Source: a virus. Taken from it: a stretch of 64,000 nucleotides of DNA. The stretch's first letter is position 1. Each line of letters opens with the position of its first letter. Below are positions 36,516-46,473 of the stretch, one piece after another. Below the pieces are notes generated by a model, which searched no databases, was not told the DNA's origin, and saw nothing but the letters and a program-made list of their open reading frames with translations. A program made the position numbers and the translations under genes. The stretch spans positions 160,001-224,000 of IMG/VR virus record IMGVR_UViG_3300045988_171958. The stretch is one strand, 5' to 3'.

Positions 36516-36533
36516 TGGTTTGTACTATATTTA
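36503..36533 (+). promoter_or_regulatory. repeated promoter cassette TTTGAAATTC-N12-TACTATATTT
   Basis: TTTG at 36503, CTAT at 36525 (offset 22). Confidence 0.6.
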
Positions 36534-36568
36534 GATTGTTAATTAATGAACATTAAATATAGTATTTT

Positions 36569-38422
36569 ATGCCATATATTCTCAAACATACAAAATGGTT
36601 TTCTAACCGCCCTACTTATACTATCAATAAGTTTGGCATAAATCCATCTTCAAAGTTCATATATAAAGAAATGGAAATTGAAGCTTATAAGACTTCACCG
36701 GCATTGATGTCACAAGCTTTACTTTATGTTTCCAACCAAGTAACAGAAAATTCTGCACAGTTAGTTGCTAAGAAAAATTCTGATTCTTCTTATACAGATG
36801 GCAAACATATTGTTGTTGGTATGAATCCAATGAAGGAACATAAAGATGCTTATGATGGTATGGATATTGAAATGGGATTAGCTTGTCATGAAGCATGCCA
36901 TTGTGCTTTTACTGATTTCAAAAATTATGATTTGAAAATGGTAAAATATCCTATTGCTCATTGGCTTCATAATGTATATGAGGATGAATGCATTGAAGAA
37001 ATGTTAGGTATCAAAAAACCACAATGGATGTATTTTTTGAACCATGTATTGTCACATTACTTTTCTGAAGATAAATTCATCAATTCTATAAAGAAACTTG
37101 TTCTTTCTAACAGTAAGATAGATATTGTACAGTTTATGATATTGTATATGATTAGAAATTCAGAACTTTCAAATAGATTTCCTAAAGAATGGATTGATGA
37201 ATTTGGTCCAATGTTAGATGAGATATATGAAAAGGTTATTGTAAAAATTGAAGATCCAAATCAATTCAAATATACTCCTACAAAAAATACTGTTGTTGCA
37301 TGTCTTGATACTATAGAAATAATCAAGAAATATGTAAAGTTAGATGATCTCAATTCAAGATTATCTAAGCCAAATCTTGGTATGATAGGAAATTCTTCAA
37401 CTGAAGGTAATCCAAATCAGGATAAGAATTGTGGTCAAAATGGATTGTTTTCTCCTAATACAAGTGAAGGAAGAAATAAATCAAAGAATGCAATATCACA
37501 AAAATTCAACAATGCAAAAAATTCAGTAAATCAAGAAAATGATGCTCTTGGTAAATGTGATACTAATAAACCAGATAAATTATTTAATGGAGCAAAAGAA
37601 GAAATAGGAGCAGTAAAACCAAATAGTTCTGATGCCATTGCTTATAAGAAGATGATTTCTAAGTTATCAGAAGAAATAAAGATTGCTAAGAAAATAATCA
37701 TTCCTAACAATAAGAAAATTGAATTAGAAGATGATAAATTTCATAGAAATGGACAACTTATATCATCTCATCTTGTACAGGCGATTCAAGGAGTAAACTG
37801 TGTATATCATAGAAAGGTTATAAAGAAATCAGAAAGTCCAGATCCTAAATATGCATTTGTAATATCAATAGATGAATCTGGATCAATGAATTTTCCTCAA
37901 AATGGTGAATATTCTGCTAGAAATGTCGCATCAAAACTTGCTTGTATTTTTTATGAAGCAATGAAAAATTATGAGGGAATTGATTTGTATATTTATGGAC
38001 ATGGTGAAAATATTGTAAAATACATTACACCTAAAGATAAGAATCCTTATAAGTTAGGAAATCGATTATATCAGATGTCTCAAAATGATGCTAAGTCTTA
38101 TGATACTATATTGAAAGATGTAAAATTGCAGACAAATAAGAAAATACTCTTTTTGAATATTACTGATAGTTTATATTTGAGTAGTAAAACATCATTAATT
38201 AGAGTTATTGATAATTGGAAGGCACAAAATGTATTATTTGGACTACTTTGTATCAATTCATCAGATTATGAGTATCAAAATAATGAAAAGGAATATAAAG
38301 CAATCAATAACCAGTTATATGGGGATAATTGGGTAGGTGTATCTGATACAAAATCAGGAATGAAAGAAGCATTGATTAAATTTTCTAATATTATTAGAAA
38401 AAATTATGATAAGCTTAAATAA
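36569..38422 (+). CDS. von Willebrand A domain protein (CobT-like partner of the MoxR/CobS ATPase, 617 aa)
   Basis: MIDAS-like FVISIDESGSM near the C-terminal third; His/Cys-rich HEACHCAF metal-site-like segment. Confidence 0.65.
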   Translation: MPYILKHTKWFSNRPTYTINKFGINPSSKFIYKEMEIEAYKTSPALMSQALLYVSNQVTENSAQLVAKKNSDSSYTDGKHIVVGMNPMKEHKDAYDGMDIEMGLACHEACHCAFTDFKNYDLKMVKYPIAHWLHNVYEDECIEEMLGIKKPQWMYFLNHVLSHYFSEDKFINSIKKLVLSNSKIDIVQFMILYMIRNSELSNRFPKEWIDEFGPMLDEIYEKVIVKIEDPNQFKYTPTKNTVVACLDTIEIIKKYVKLDDLNSRLSKPNLGMIGNSSTEGNPNQDKNCGQNGLFSPNTSEGRNKSKNAISQKFNNAKNSVNQENDALGKCDTNKPDKLFNGAKEEIGAVKPNSSDAIAYKKMISKLSEEIKIAKKIIIPNNKKIELEDDKFHRNGQLISSHLVQAIQGVNCVYHRKVIKKSESPDPKYAFVISIDESGSMNFPQNGEYSARNVASKLACIFYEAMKNYEGIDLYIYGHGENIVKYITPKDKNPYKLGNRLYQMSQNDAKSYDTILKDVKLQTNKKILFLNITDSLYLSSKTSLIRVIDNWKAQNVLFGLLCINSSDYEYQNNEKEYKAINNQLYGDNWVGVSDTKSGMKEALIKFSNIIRKNYDKLK

Positions 38423-38441
38423 ACCAAGAGTCCCCTGTTAA

Positions 38442-38515
38442 GCGCCTGGGTCACACAGGAAACGGAAAATGGTCGAGATGATAAATTATATCTCTCGACC
38501 ATTTTTATTGTTTCA
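38442..38515 (+). ncRNA. GC-box element copy C fused to an intrinsic terminator
   Basis: GCGCCTGGGTCACACAGGAAACGG at 38442-38465, then 13-bp stem AAAATGGTCGAGA / TCTCGACCATTTT (38466-38505) and a T-rich tail. Confidence 0.65.
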
Positions 38516-38527
38516 GGATTGATTTTC

Positions 38528-39211
38528 CTAGTTGCTAGCTTCACCAGTGCTCATGTCCTCGTCCCAGAAGTCACTTCTAAATGTAACTGCTAATTTTGCA
38601 GGTTCATTATCAGTATAGTTCAATGTATCAAGACCAGTAACACTTGTAATCATTGTGTCATGGAATACATAGGCTCTGTAAATTGTACCATCTCTATTAG
38701 CTTCCGCAATTCTCATTACATCAGCAACATAGTCAGCCTTCAATGTACGAGTACCATCAGCAAGGTCATAACCAAGTTTTTCCCAAGCCTTGAAGATACG
38801 GAGCAACCAAGCATCTGACTTAGAACGGATGTTCAAATTAAAGTTCACTGTAACTTCAGCATAAGTGTTATCCAATGTTGGGTTTAAGAAGCTCACATCA
38901 ACACCGAAGAATTTCTGTGAACCAGCTTGTACTGTCTTCTGCAATGCATCCAAACCAGCAACATCAGTAACTTGTTCTGTCATAGTAGCGGCATCAGCAC
39001 CAAACATACCTTGCAACTGTGTAGGAAGTGTGAATGATACTTCAAACACAGCACGGTTCATTGGATCATGACGATTAGCACCAGCCTTAGTATTCATCAA
39101 ATGAGGAAGATGTGTCTTGCCATCATGGCCACGAGAAGCAAAATCACCTGTAGTTGCAGGAACTGATCCACCCCAATAAATGTTAGGCTTATTTTCTGTT
39201 ATTTTCTGCAT
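38528..39211 (-). CDS. tail tube protein (T4 gp19-like, 227 aa)
   Basis: Lies directly downstream of the sheath gene. NRAVFEVSFTLP and C-terminal KLAVTFRSDFWDE parallel T4 gp19 NLFQVEISYLG / TFEVTLALDYWE. Confidence 0.7.
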   Translation of the reverse strand: MQKITENKPNIYWGGSVPATTGDFASRGHDGKTHLPHLMNTKAGANRHDPMNRAVFEVSFTLPTQLQGMFGADAATMTEQVTDVAGLDALQKTVQAGSQKFFGVDVSFLNPTLDNTYAEVTVNFNLNIRSKSDAWLLRIFKAWEKLGYDLADGTRTLKADYVADVMRIAEANRDGTIYRAYVFHDTMITSVTGLDTLNYTDNEPAKLAVTFRSDFWDEDMSTGEASN

Positions 39212-39252
39212 AAAACTTTCTTATATATAAGATTTGTTATTTTCCTTAGAAT

Positions 39253-39276
39253 GAGGAAGTCCTTAAGGACTTCCTC
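39253..39276 (-). terminator. 10-bp stem-loop GAGGAAGTCC-ttaa-GGACTTCCTC between sheath and tube genes
   Basis: Perfect stem, no strong T run; could be an attenuator or RNA-stability element. Confidence 0.45.
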
Positions 39277-39284
39277 AATGTATT

Positions 39285-42200
39285 TTATTCTCCAAGAATA
39301 GTAGAATTCATCTGACCTGTACGATACAGAGTCAACTCATGTACCATCTTACCCATACCACGACCTGGTTCAATATGAGTAGACAAGATAGCCATCTCAT
39401 TATCAATAATATCAGGTGTGTTGTTAGAGTCATCCATGACATTCAAGTAAGCTTGAATACCACCATTAGCTTGAACTCTAGCACAGATAGAATCAGCACG
39501 ATCCTTAATCTTATTACGTACGGTTTGGTTGTTGAACTCCCATTGATAAGACTGAAGAATCTTCTCAACTTCATCCATGATGTAGATAACCAACTCACGA
39601 ACGTTAACAGAACTCAATGCTGACTTAGGTGTCTGCTTAGCAGTTTGGTTAGCATTGATGAATGTACCGAAGCTTGGGCGGTATACCATACAATTTACAC
39701 CAAAAGGTTCAATTATGTTGAGTTCATCACCACTATAATTGTAATCAGGACCAACAAGACCAGATACTGACATTGCACCATAGTTAGGACCAGCTACAAT
39801 TTCATAAGGAAGACGAGAATTGTACTTCTCCATGAACAAGTTAGATACAAGACCTGCAGATGGAACAACAGAATCAATAGTACCATCAGAAAGCTTCAAT
39901 GGAGTATAGAAAGCTGCAAAGCTAGCACCTTCATCATTTGATGGAAGAGAGAATGCTGTTGTATGAGCTTTCTTCTTATTGAATCCATCAACTACATATT
40001 GTACATTGAATACTCCCTTAGCATCAGTAAATGAACTGTATGGACACTTTACAAATGTCTTAACAGAAGGGAAGTTCAGAATAGCGAATGCATTTTGCTT
40101 CTGCTTAGCGAGATAAGAAAGTACCTTCTTAGCACCTGCATCAACATAAGTTTCGAAACCATCGATAACATATCTGAAGTCAATTTCTGACTTATTCAAA
40201 AGACCTGTACGAAGACCTTTGTATTCAGTCAAAGCTGATAACTGGAAGTTCTGCCATTCAAGCTTAGCACGTTGACCAACTCCATCTGGCTTTGGATGTT
40301 CGTAAGTATAACCCTTCAAGTATACAGGTTCCATAGTACCAATTTCTTGGTTCAAACCATTTTCAATACGAACAAGATACTTACCATAAGTTGTTGCATT
40401 TTGTGCGGCTTTCTTGATCCACTCATTAGTATTAGCTACCAATGTAGAATAACCAACTAAGTAATGACCAGTCTTTTTTGTACCATTTTCAGTATATTCT
40501 GCTGTAGTACTGTTATAAGCTGTCTTTTCAGAAGTAGAAAGCTTACCGTAATCTTCTACAGAAATTGGCTTAATCTTTTGATATTCAGCATTAGTATACA
40601 TAACTACTTCCTGACCAAAGTCAAATGTTGGATTAGTATACATTGCAACATAATATCCGATTTTATCAGTACCATCATGTTTCAAAGTAATGGTATTTGC
40701 AGTGATTTTGTTAGTATTATCTACCTTCAAATCAGGATTAGCAAAACCATCTACATAGAAAGTACCGTCATTTGTTAGAACTTCAATAGGTTTCTTAAGA
40801 CCATCTGCAGTAGCATTCAATTGTTTGATATCATCATAAATGAATGTATAAGAATCAAGTTCTACATATTTATAGTCTGCTTTTACATCACCAGTTTTAG
40901 TAGAATCAGGAAGAGCTTTATATGCTGCACCTGTTATATTGTCTTTACTTGGATCTGTTGTTGCAATCTTATGATAATGATAGTTCTTAGTACACATGTT
41001 ACGTGCATTAGCACTCAACAACATGTATTCTACACCGGTAACTTGCTTAGAAAATACGATAGCAGAAGATTTGAATCCATCTTTATTCTTTGCTACTTCA
41101 TAAGCTTCAGCAGTCAAAGTTCTAGGTCCTACATGGTTGTAAGAAACTGCCCAATTCTTAGGATTGTAGAGCTTCTGTTCTTCTGTATCAAGCAACTTGT
41201 ATTCACCATTAGAAATAGTTACGTCCTTGTCAGATTTGCTAGCACCTTCATAAGTAGCGATATTACCAGTGAACTTAATAGAGTATGTTTTAGGATTACC
41301 ATATTCATCAGTGATAGTTTCTGCTTCTTGAACATAACAAAGGTCATAATAACCGTTAATAACTTCATCAGAATAGTCACCATCACCATCCATATCAATC
41401 TTACCATCTACTGCTAAGAACTGATCACCCTTCTGAAGCATAGCAAGAATAGTAGTATCAGCTGTAGCAGGAGCAGTCAAATGATATGTATGTACAGCAT
41501 CTTCATCTTCTTCATCATATACATCAGCTGACAATGTCCAGTGTTCATTCAATGGAATGAATGTTACAGATGGGCCATATACATTCCAAGAAGCATACTT
41601 GTTAGTTGTATCAATCAATGTATCTGGGTTCAAATATTCTGTCTTTGTAGTAATGTAAACATCTTCGATGTTACACTTAACAACTTCAGAACTCAAGATT
41701 ACCATAGCGTCATTTGTACTATCCAAATCTCTAGAAAGAGAAGTAATCACTCTCTTAGGACCATCAACATTCTCAGGTTTATTATAAGCGTCCGTCGATG
41801 TGTAAACTGTACCAAGACCTGACTCAAATGAAACATAAGTAGTTTCACCATCAACTGTCTTCTTGTAAGCAGCACCAAGTTCATAAAGAACATAGTTTAC
41901 GTTTGGCTTATCAACCATACTTAAATCAATAGTGATACGTTGAGTTGAACCAACAGCACCAAGAATAATGCCTTTATCGGTCCAAGACTGAACATACATA
42001 TTACCACTGATCTTCTTGGTTTTCTTATAAGAAAGAGGATGCTTGATAGTATCTTCATCTGACCAGATGTTTGTACGGAAATGTGTCTTAGCAGAAACAA
42101 CTGGAGCACCAACATTACCAAGAAGTGATGTTAAAGCAGTACCCTTCCAAAGTCTGTCGATACAAACAATGCTAGTACCATACTGCTTGTAAATCTTAGC

Positions 42201-43256
42201 ACGATTGTGACCAACATCAGAACCATCACTTTCAACATGAGTATTGTCATAAGGAGTAGAATCCGAAGTAGAGATCCAACGAGCACCTGACATGTCGATG
42301 TTAGCAGTACCATATTCATAAAGCATATCTTCATTGAAGCTCATCATCATGTGGTGTGCATCAGAATCAAGATTGAATATGATATCAAGAGAAGCATAGT
42401 TGCCATTCTTATCCTTGAAATATGGGATCAAACAGCCCACATAATGACCAATAGCACCACTTGTCTCATCTTCAAAAAGATAATCAAGGGTATCATTGTA
42501 ATCACCAAAGCTGTCCTTTACATATTGACGAAGCTTCAACTTACCATTTTTATCTACAATAAAGTAATTCTTTAAAGTTTCAGAAGCAAGAACTTGATCA
42601 GCAGTAAACTTACCACTGAATACATAAACCTCAGCAAAGAATGCTGACATAAGTTCATTTTCATAACCTTCGAGGAATTCAGGAACAGCTTCACCTGCAT
42701 CCTTATACCAATCACTTACTGTAACATTATAAGAACTTACTTTGCTACCACTGGCCTTACGAATGAAGAAAGTACCAGAATTAGCTTTTACATCGGTAGT
42801 AGCGATATTAATATATTCTGATCCACGTACTTCATTAAGCTTTTCTGGGTCTAATGACCAGAAACGAGTAGTATCGTAAACATCTGCCACAGGAATCTGT
42901 ACTGTATCAATAGTATCCTTCGCATTGAAGTTAGTATTGATTTGAGCACCTGTAACATTTTCTGTATCAAACTTCTTCAAGTTCAAACAAAGAATAGGAG
43001 ATACACTCAACATCTGTAAAGCAGTACGGTGGAAGAAATTACCACGACGCTCTTGTGTCTTGTTGATATTACCGTACATTGCGATAAAATCAGCAGCACT
43101 TTGGATATAAGTAGGAATGTTGAATGGACCCTTATCAGAATATCCAACAAGTAAACGAAGAACATTTGTATCCTGGTTCAATACAGTTGACCTGTCAAAG
43201 ACAATTCTGTACAGCCCAGCCGCTTTTATATTTTGCAAATAAACTGGTATTGCCAT
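39285..43256 (-). CDS. contractile tail sheath protein (T4 gp18-like, 1323 aa)
   Basis: C-terminus VNVRELVIY...WEFNNQTVRN...GGIQAYLNVMDDSNNTPDIIDNE...IEPGRG parallels T4 gp18 INVRRLFNM..FELNNAFTR..GGIYEYRVVCDTTNNTPSVIDRNE..IQPARS. Confidence 0.88.
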   Translation of the reverse strand: MAIPVYLQNIKAAGLYRIVFDRSTVLNQDTNVLRLLVGYSDKGPFNIPTYIQSAADFIAMYGNINKTQERRGNFFHRTALQMLSVSPILCLNLKKFDTENVTGAQINTNFNAKDTIDTVQIPVADVYDTTRFWSLDPEKLNEVRGSEYINIATTDVKANSGTFFIRKASGSKVSSYNVTVSDWYKDAGEAVPEFLEGYENELMSAFFAEVYVFSGKFTADQVLASETLKNYFIVDKNGKLKLRQYVKDSFGDYNDTLDYLFEDETSGAIGHYVGCLIPYFKDKNGNYASLDIIFNLDSDAHHMMMSFNEDMLYEYGTANIDMSGARWISTSDSTPYDNTHVESDGSDVGHNRAKIYKQYGTSIVCIDRLWKGTALTSLLGNVGAPVVSAKTHFRTNIWSDEDTIKHPLSYKKTKKISGNMYVQSWTDKGIILGAVGSTQRITIDLSMVDKPNVNYVLYELGAAYKKTVDGETTYVSFESGLGTVYTSTDAYNKPENVDGPKRVITSLSRDLDSTNDAMVILSSEVVKCNIEDVYITTKTEYLNPDTLIDTTNKYASWNVYGPSVTFIPLNEHWTLSADVYDEEDEDAVHTYHLTAPATADTTILAMLQKGDQFLAVDGKIDMDGDGDYSDEVINGYYDLCYVQEAETITDEYGNPKTYSIKFTGNIATYEGASKSDKDVTISNGEYKLLDTEEQKLYNPKNWAVSYNHVGPRTLTAEAYEVAKNKDGFKSSAIVFSKQVTGVEYMLLSANARNMCTKNYHYHKIATTDPSKDNITGAAYKALPDSTKTGDVKADYKYVELDSYTFIYDDIKQLNATADGLKKPIEVLTNDGTFYVDGFANPDLKVDNTNKITANTITLKHDGTDKIGYYVAMYTNPTFDFGQEVVMYTNAEYQKIKPISVEDYGKLSTSEKTAYNSTTAEYTENGTKKTGHYLVGYSTLVANTNEWIKKAAQNATTYGKYLVRIENGLNQEIGTMEPVYLKGYTYEHPKPDGVGQRAKLEWQNFQLSALTEYKGLRTGLLNKSEIDFRYVIDGFETYVDAGAKKVLSYLAKQKQNAFAILNFPSVKTFVKCPYSSFTDAKGVFNVQYVVDGFNKKKAHTTAFSLPSNDEGASFAAFYTPLKLSDGTIDSVVPSAGLVSNLFMEKYNSRLPYEIVAGPNYGAMSVSGLVGPDYNYSGDELNIIEPFGVNCMVYRPSFGTFINANQTAKQTPKSALSSVNVRELVIYIMDEVEKILQSYQWEFNNQTVRNKIKDRADSICARVQANGGIQAYLNVMDDSNNTPDIIDNEMAILSTHIEPGRGMGKMVHELTLYRTGQMNSTILGE

Positions 43257-43330
43257 GTAAATTATTTATGTTTTTATAAAAATAATGTATAAGTACTATT
43301 TTTAATTATAAATCTATATAATGCTTATAA

Positions 43331-44488
43331 ATGAAAACAAATCATGATAAAATTATAGTAAAAATTATTTGTGGACAAAATAAAGGAAATATTTCAAGAT
43401 TTAAAATATCTAAAATAAAAGATAATTATCCAAATATATTAAATTATATAAAAACTAGATATAAAGATAGTAATTCAATAAATGAAACTATTAATAGAAT
43501 GAAATTTGGTGGTCCAGAAATAGTACCAAAATGTCCAGTTTGTGGAAAACCAACAATTTATAAATATAAAAATATATATACATTATATTGTTCTCATGAA
43601 TGTGCTTATAAATCTAAAGAAGTATATGAAAAGAAAAAACAAACTTCATTAAAACATTATGGAGTATCTCACCCAATGAGATCAAAAGAAATAAAAGAAA
43701 AAGTAAAAAATACTAATATTGAAATTTATGGTGCAAAAACATTTGCTGAATCAAAACTTGGTAAAAAATATTTTGAGGAAAATAAAGAATTATTAGTTAA
43801 AAAAACAGAAGAAGGTATATTTAAAAAATATGGTGTTAAAAGTTATCAACAATCAAAAGAATATCAAAATAAAAAAGATGAAATATTAAAAAAAAGAAAA
43901 GAAACAAATTTAAAAAGATTTGGAGAAACTTCTTATTCAAAAACCAATGAATGGAAACAATCTTTTCAAAATAAAAAGCAAGAGATGTTGGAAAAAATGA
44001 AAGAAACATGCCTTAAAAAATATGGAAGAGAATGGTATTTTCAAACAGAAGATTCTAAACAAAAAAATTATATTACACAAAAGAAAAATGGTACATTTGG
44101 AAAATCTAAACCTGAAGTTGAACTTAAAAATTTTCTATTAAATTATTTTCCTGATTTAATATATCAATATAAATCAAAAGAATATCCATGGAAATGTGAT
44201 TATTATATTCCTACATATAAACTTTTTATAGAATTACAAGGTTCTTGGTGTCATGGAAATAAACCTTATGATCCAAATGATGAAGAATGCATTGAATTAG
44301 TTAATTTATGGAAATCAAAGCCAAATGGATTTTATAAAAGAGCATTATATGGATATACAATAGCTGATGTTAAAAAACGTAATTGGGTAAAAACTCATAA
44401 ATTAAATTTTATTGAAATTTTTGATTATTCTGATTTTAATAAAATTCTTAATAATATTAATACATATATCAAAATGCATCAAATGTAA
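43331..44488 (+). mobile_element. homing-endonuclease-like gene, family copy 3 (385 aa), opposite strand to the structural genes
   Basis: CPVCGKP..CSHEC, multiple (K/H/I)YG repeats, YPWKCDYYIP..FIELQGSWCHGN. Confidence 0.7.
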
Positions 44489-44516
44489 ATATTTAAACTA
44501 TTTTGGAATATATACA

Positions 44517-44548
44517 AAAAGAGAGATTCCTTAAGGAATCTCTCTTTT
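44517..44548. terminator. bidirectional intrinsic terminator
   Basis: AAAAGAGAGATTCC-ttaa-GGAATCTCTCTTTT between convergent genes. Confidence 0.75.
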
Positions 44549-44566
44549 CTATGTTTACATTTACCA

Positions 44567-46387
44567 TTAGAGCAAACCGAAGTCAGATGAAACAGTAAAT
44601 GTGTAATAACTTTTCTCTGGGAAGAAACCGATATCAGCAATAGCGTAACGGCTATTTACAAGCATCTTAGGTGCCATCGTGCCTTCCGCAATGAGCTGCA
44701 TTTGGTCCGCAAGGATATAAGGCATAAATACTACACCTGGTTCGTTACCAGAACCCTTACGACCAACACAAATACGAGTATCGTTCCAATCCATGTAAGG
44801 ATCTACATAAACCTGAAGACCTGCAATAGTACCAGCTTTGTAGAGGTTAGCAGTTACAGACTGTGTGAATGTATTCTGCATTGGAGCAACTACATACTGA
44901 GCGCAATCTTGAAGTGCTGTAACAACTTGAGTATTTGTAACAACCCAGTTAGCTGGACCACGTCTATTAGTTACCTGAATGAGGTTAGATGCTGCAAGTA
45001 CACGAGAAGCGATACGACGTTGACGAGTATGAAGGTTTTCAGCAGATGTGTTAACTTCTGAGTTCTTGATAGTACCCCAAGTAGCACGAAGATCGTTACC
45101 GAAGATATCTTTGTACTCCTTGATATTCATAGGAAGGTTAGCGAAGTCCTTATCAGCTGTACCCATGTAGAGGTTCAAGTCAACACCTTGATAGTTCTTC
45201 AAGTTCAATGCATTAGTAACACCAAGACGGAATACATGCTCAAGAATACGAGCGTTGATAGACTGGGTGATTTCGTTCTGCATTGCTTCCATAATCTTAG
45301 AAACAGCATTAACGCCGTACAATGGAAGATCCTGAAGTTGCTGACGAGTTACAGCACCTGTTACTTCATAACTACCTACTGTAATCCACTTAGAGAATAG
45401 ACGAAGACCGATAGTGTTACCAGTACCAGTTTCATTCTCAGCACGTGTCATAGGTTCCTTCTTACCAGTAGCGAAGTTAGCAAAACCATCGATGAAGTCA
45501 ACCATTGTCTGAGCGAAGTCAACCTGTACGGCTTTCTTTTCATCATCTGTAAAGTCAGCAATCATATCTGCAGTATCTGCAGTAAATACCGTCAAACCAT
45601 TAGCACCAGTACCAGTAAATGCCTCATTGATAGAGATATCCGTATCATCCTTCTTTGAATCGATAACCTGTACAAGAAGACCACCATCCATACGACCGAA
45701 GCCCTTGAAAATACCTCTTACAGTACCAGCAGCAGTTGTAAATACAAGCTGTGCATCTTCCTTCATTTCAGCATGCTTACGAAGCTTAGCAATTGCAGTA
45801 CCAGGGAGCAATACCTTGAAGTACATTGGCTTGTTCTCACGACCAGCACCAACACCATCAAGACCAGCAATTTCATTTCTACGACCCATCTTACCACCAG
45901 CATAAGGGAAGTCCATATAACTCAAGAGAGCCCAAGGACCCTTAGTAGGAATAGTTGGAACAAGCTCAAGACCAATAGTCATCAAAGCTACGTTCAAAGC
46001 CATAGGAAGTGTAGAAACTGGAATATCACCACTACCAGGAGTCTGATTGAAGAATGCACCTGGATTGATACCAGCTGTAGAACTACCACGACCATCAGCA
46101 CCGTGAGGACCACTAGGAGCGGCAATATTACCCATACCAAGAGTATTAGCTGGAGTAGCATACATAGGACCAACACCAGGACCACCACCAGGAGCACCAG
46201 CTGGAACTGTAACAGGGCTAACACCAGCAGGAGTAGCTACTGCATGAGCACCAAGGTTAGCTTCAAACATTGCGTGTGTTTGGGCATAATCAGATACCCA
46301 ATTCAACTTTTCATTATCTTCAACATGGAACTGCTCAGTAAGCATCTTAGTCCACATTGCTTTGTTCTGATTTTCTGTAATCAACAT
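44567..46387 (-). CDS. major capsid protein (T4 gp23-like, 606 aa)
   Basis: Blocks parallel to T4 gp23: TRQQLQDLPLYGVNAVSKIMEAMQNEI, GPANWVVTNTQVVTALQD, AGLQVYVDPYMDWNDTRICVGRKG..GVVFMPYI. Confidence 0.88.
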   Translation of the reverse strand: MLITENQNKAMWTKMLTEQFHVEDNEKLNWVSDYAQTHAMFEANLGAHAVATPAGVSPVTVPAGAPGGGPGVGPMYATPANTLGMGNIAAPSGPHGADGRGSSTAGINPGAFFNQTPGSGDIPVSTLPMALNVALMTIGLELVPTIPTKGPWALLSYMDFPYAGGKMGRRNEIAGLDGVGAGRENKPMYFKVLLPGTAIAKLRKHAEMKEDAQLVFTTAAGTVRGIFKGFGRMDGGLLVQVIDSKKDDTDISINEAFTGTGANGLTVFTADTADMIADFTDDEKKAVQVDFAQTMVDFIDGFANFATGKKEPMTRAENETGTGNTIGLRLFSKWITVGSYEVTGAVTRQQLQDLPLYGVNAVSKIMEAMQNEITQSINARILEHVFRLGVTNALNLKNYQGVDLNLYMGTADKDFANLPMNIKEYKDIFGNDLRATWGTIKNSEVNTSAENLHTRQRRIASRVLAASNLIQVTNRRGPANWVVTNTQVVTALQDCAQYVVAPMQNTFTQSVTANLYKAGTIAGLQVYVDPYMDWNDTRICVGRKGSGNEPGVVFMPYILADQMQLIAEGTMAPKMLVNSRYAIADIGFFPEKSYYTFTVSSDFGLL

Positions 46388-46473
46388 GTTTATTACTAGA
46401 AATATGATTTTGTTATAATTCTTTTTCTTTTAGAATTTAGTAAAAATAAATTGTTCCTCCACCTTTTAGACAT

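Noticed and set aside
39339-42575. Many + strand ORFs (62-198 aa) inside the tail sheath gene
   Set aside because: They are antisense to a frame with clear gp18 homology. Their translations are I/F/L/C-rich low-complexity strings typical of antisense reading of AT-rich coding DNA.
45627-46399. + strand ORFs of 92 and 208 aa, and a 76-aa minus-strand alternate frame, within the capsid gene
   Set aside because: They overlap the gp23-like frame and arise from the stop-poor GC-rich Gly/Pro segment. Their composition (T/S/R/N runs) is not protein-like.
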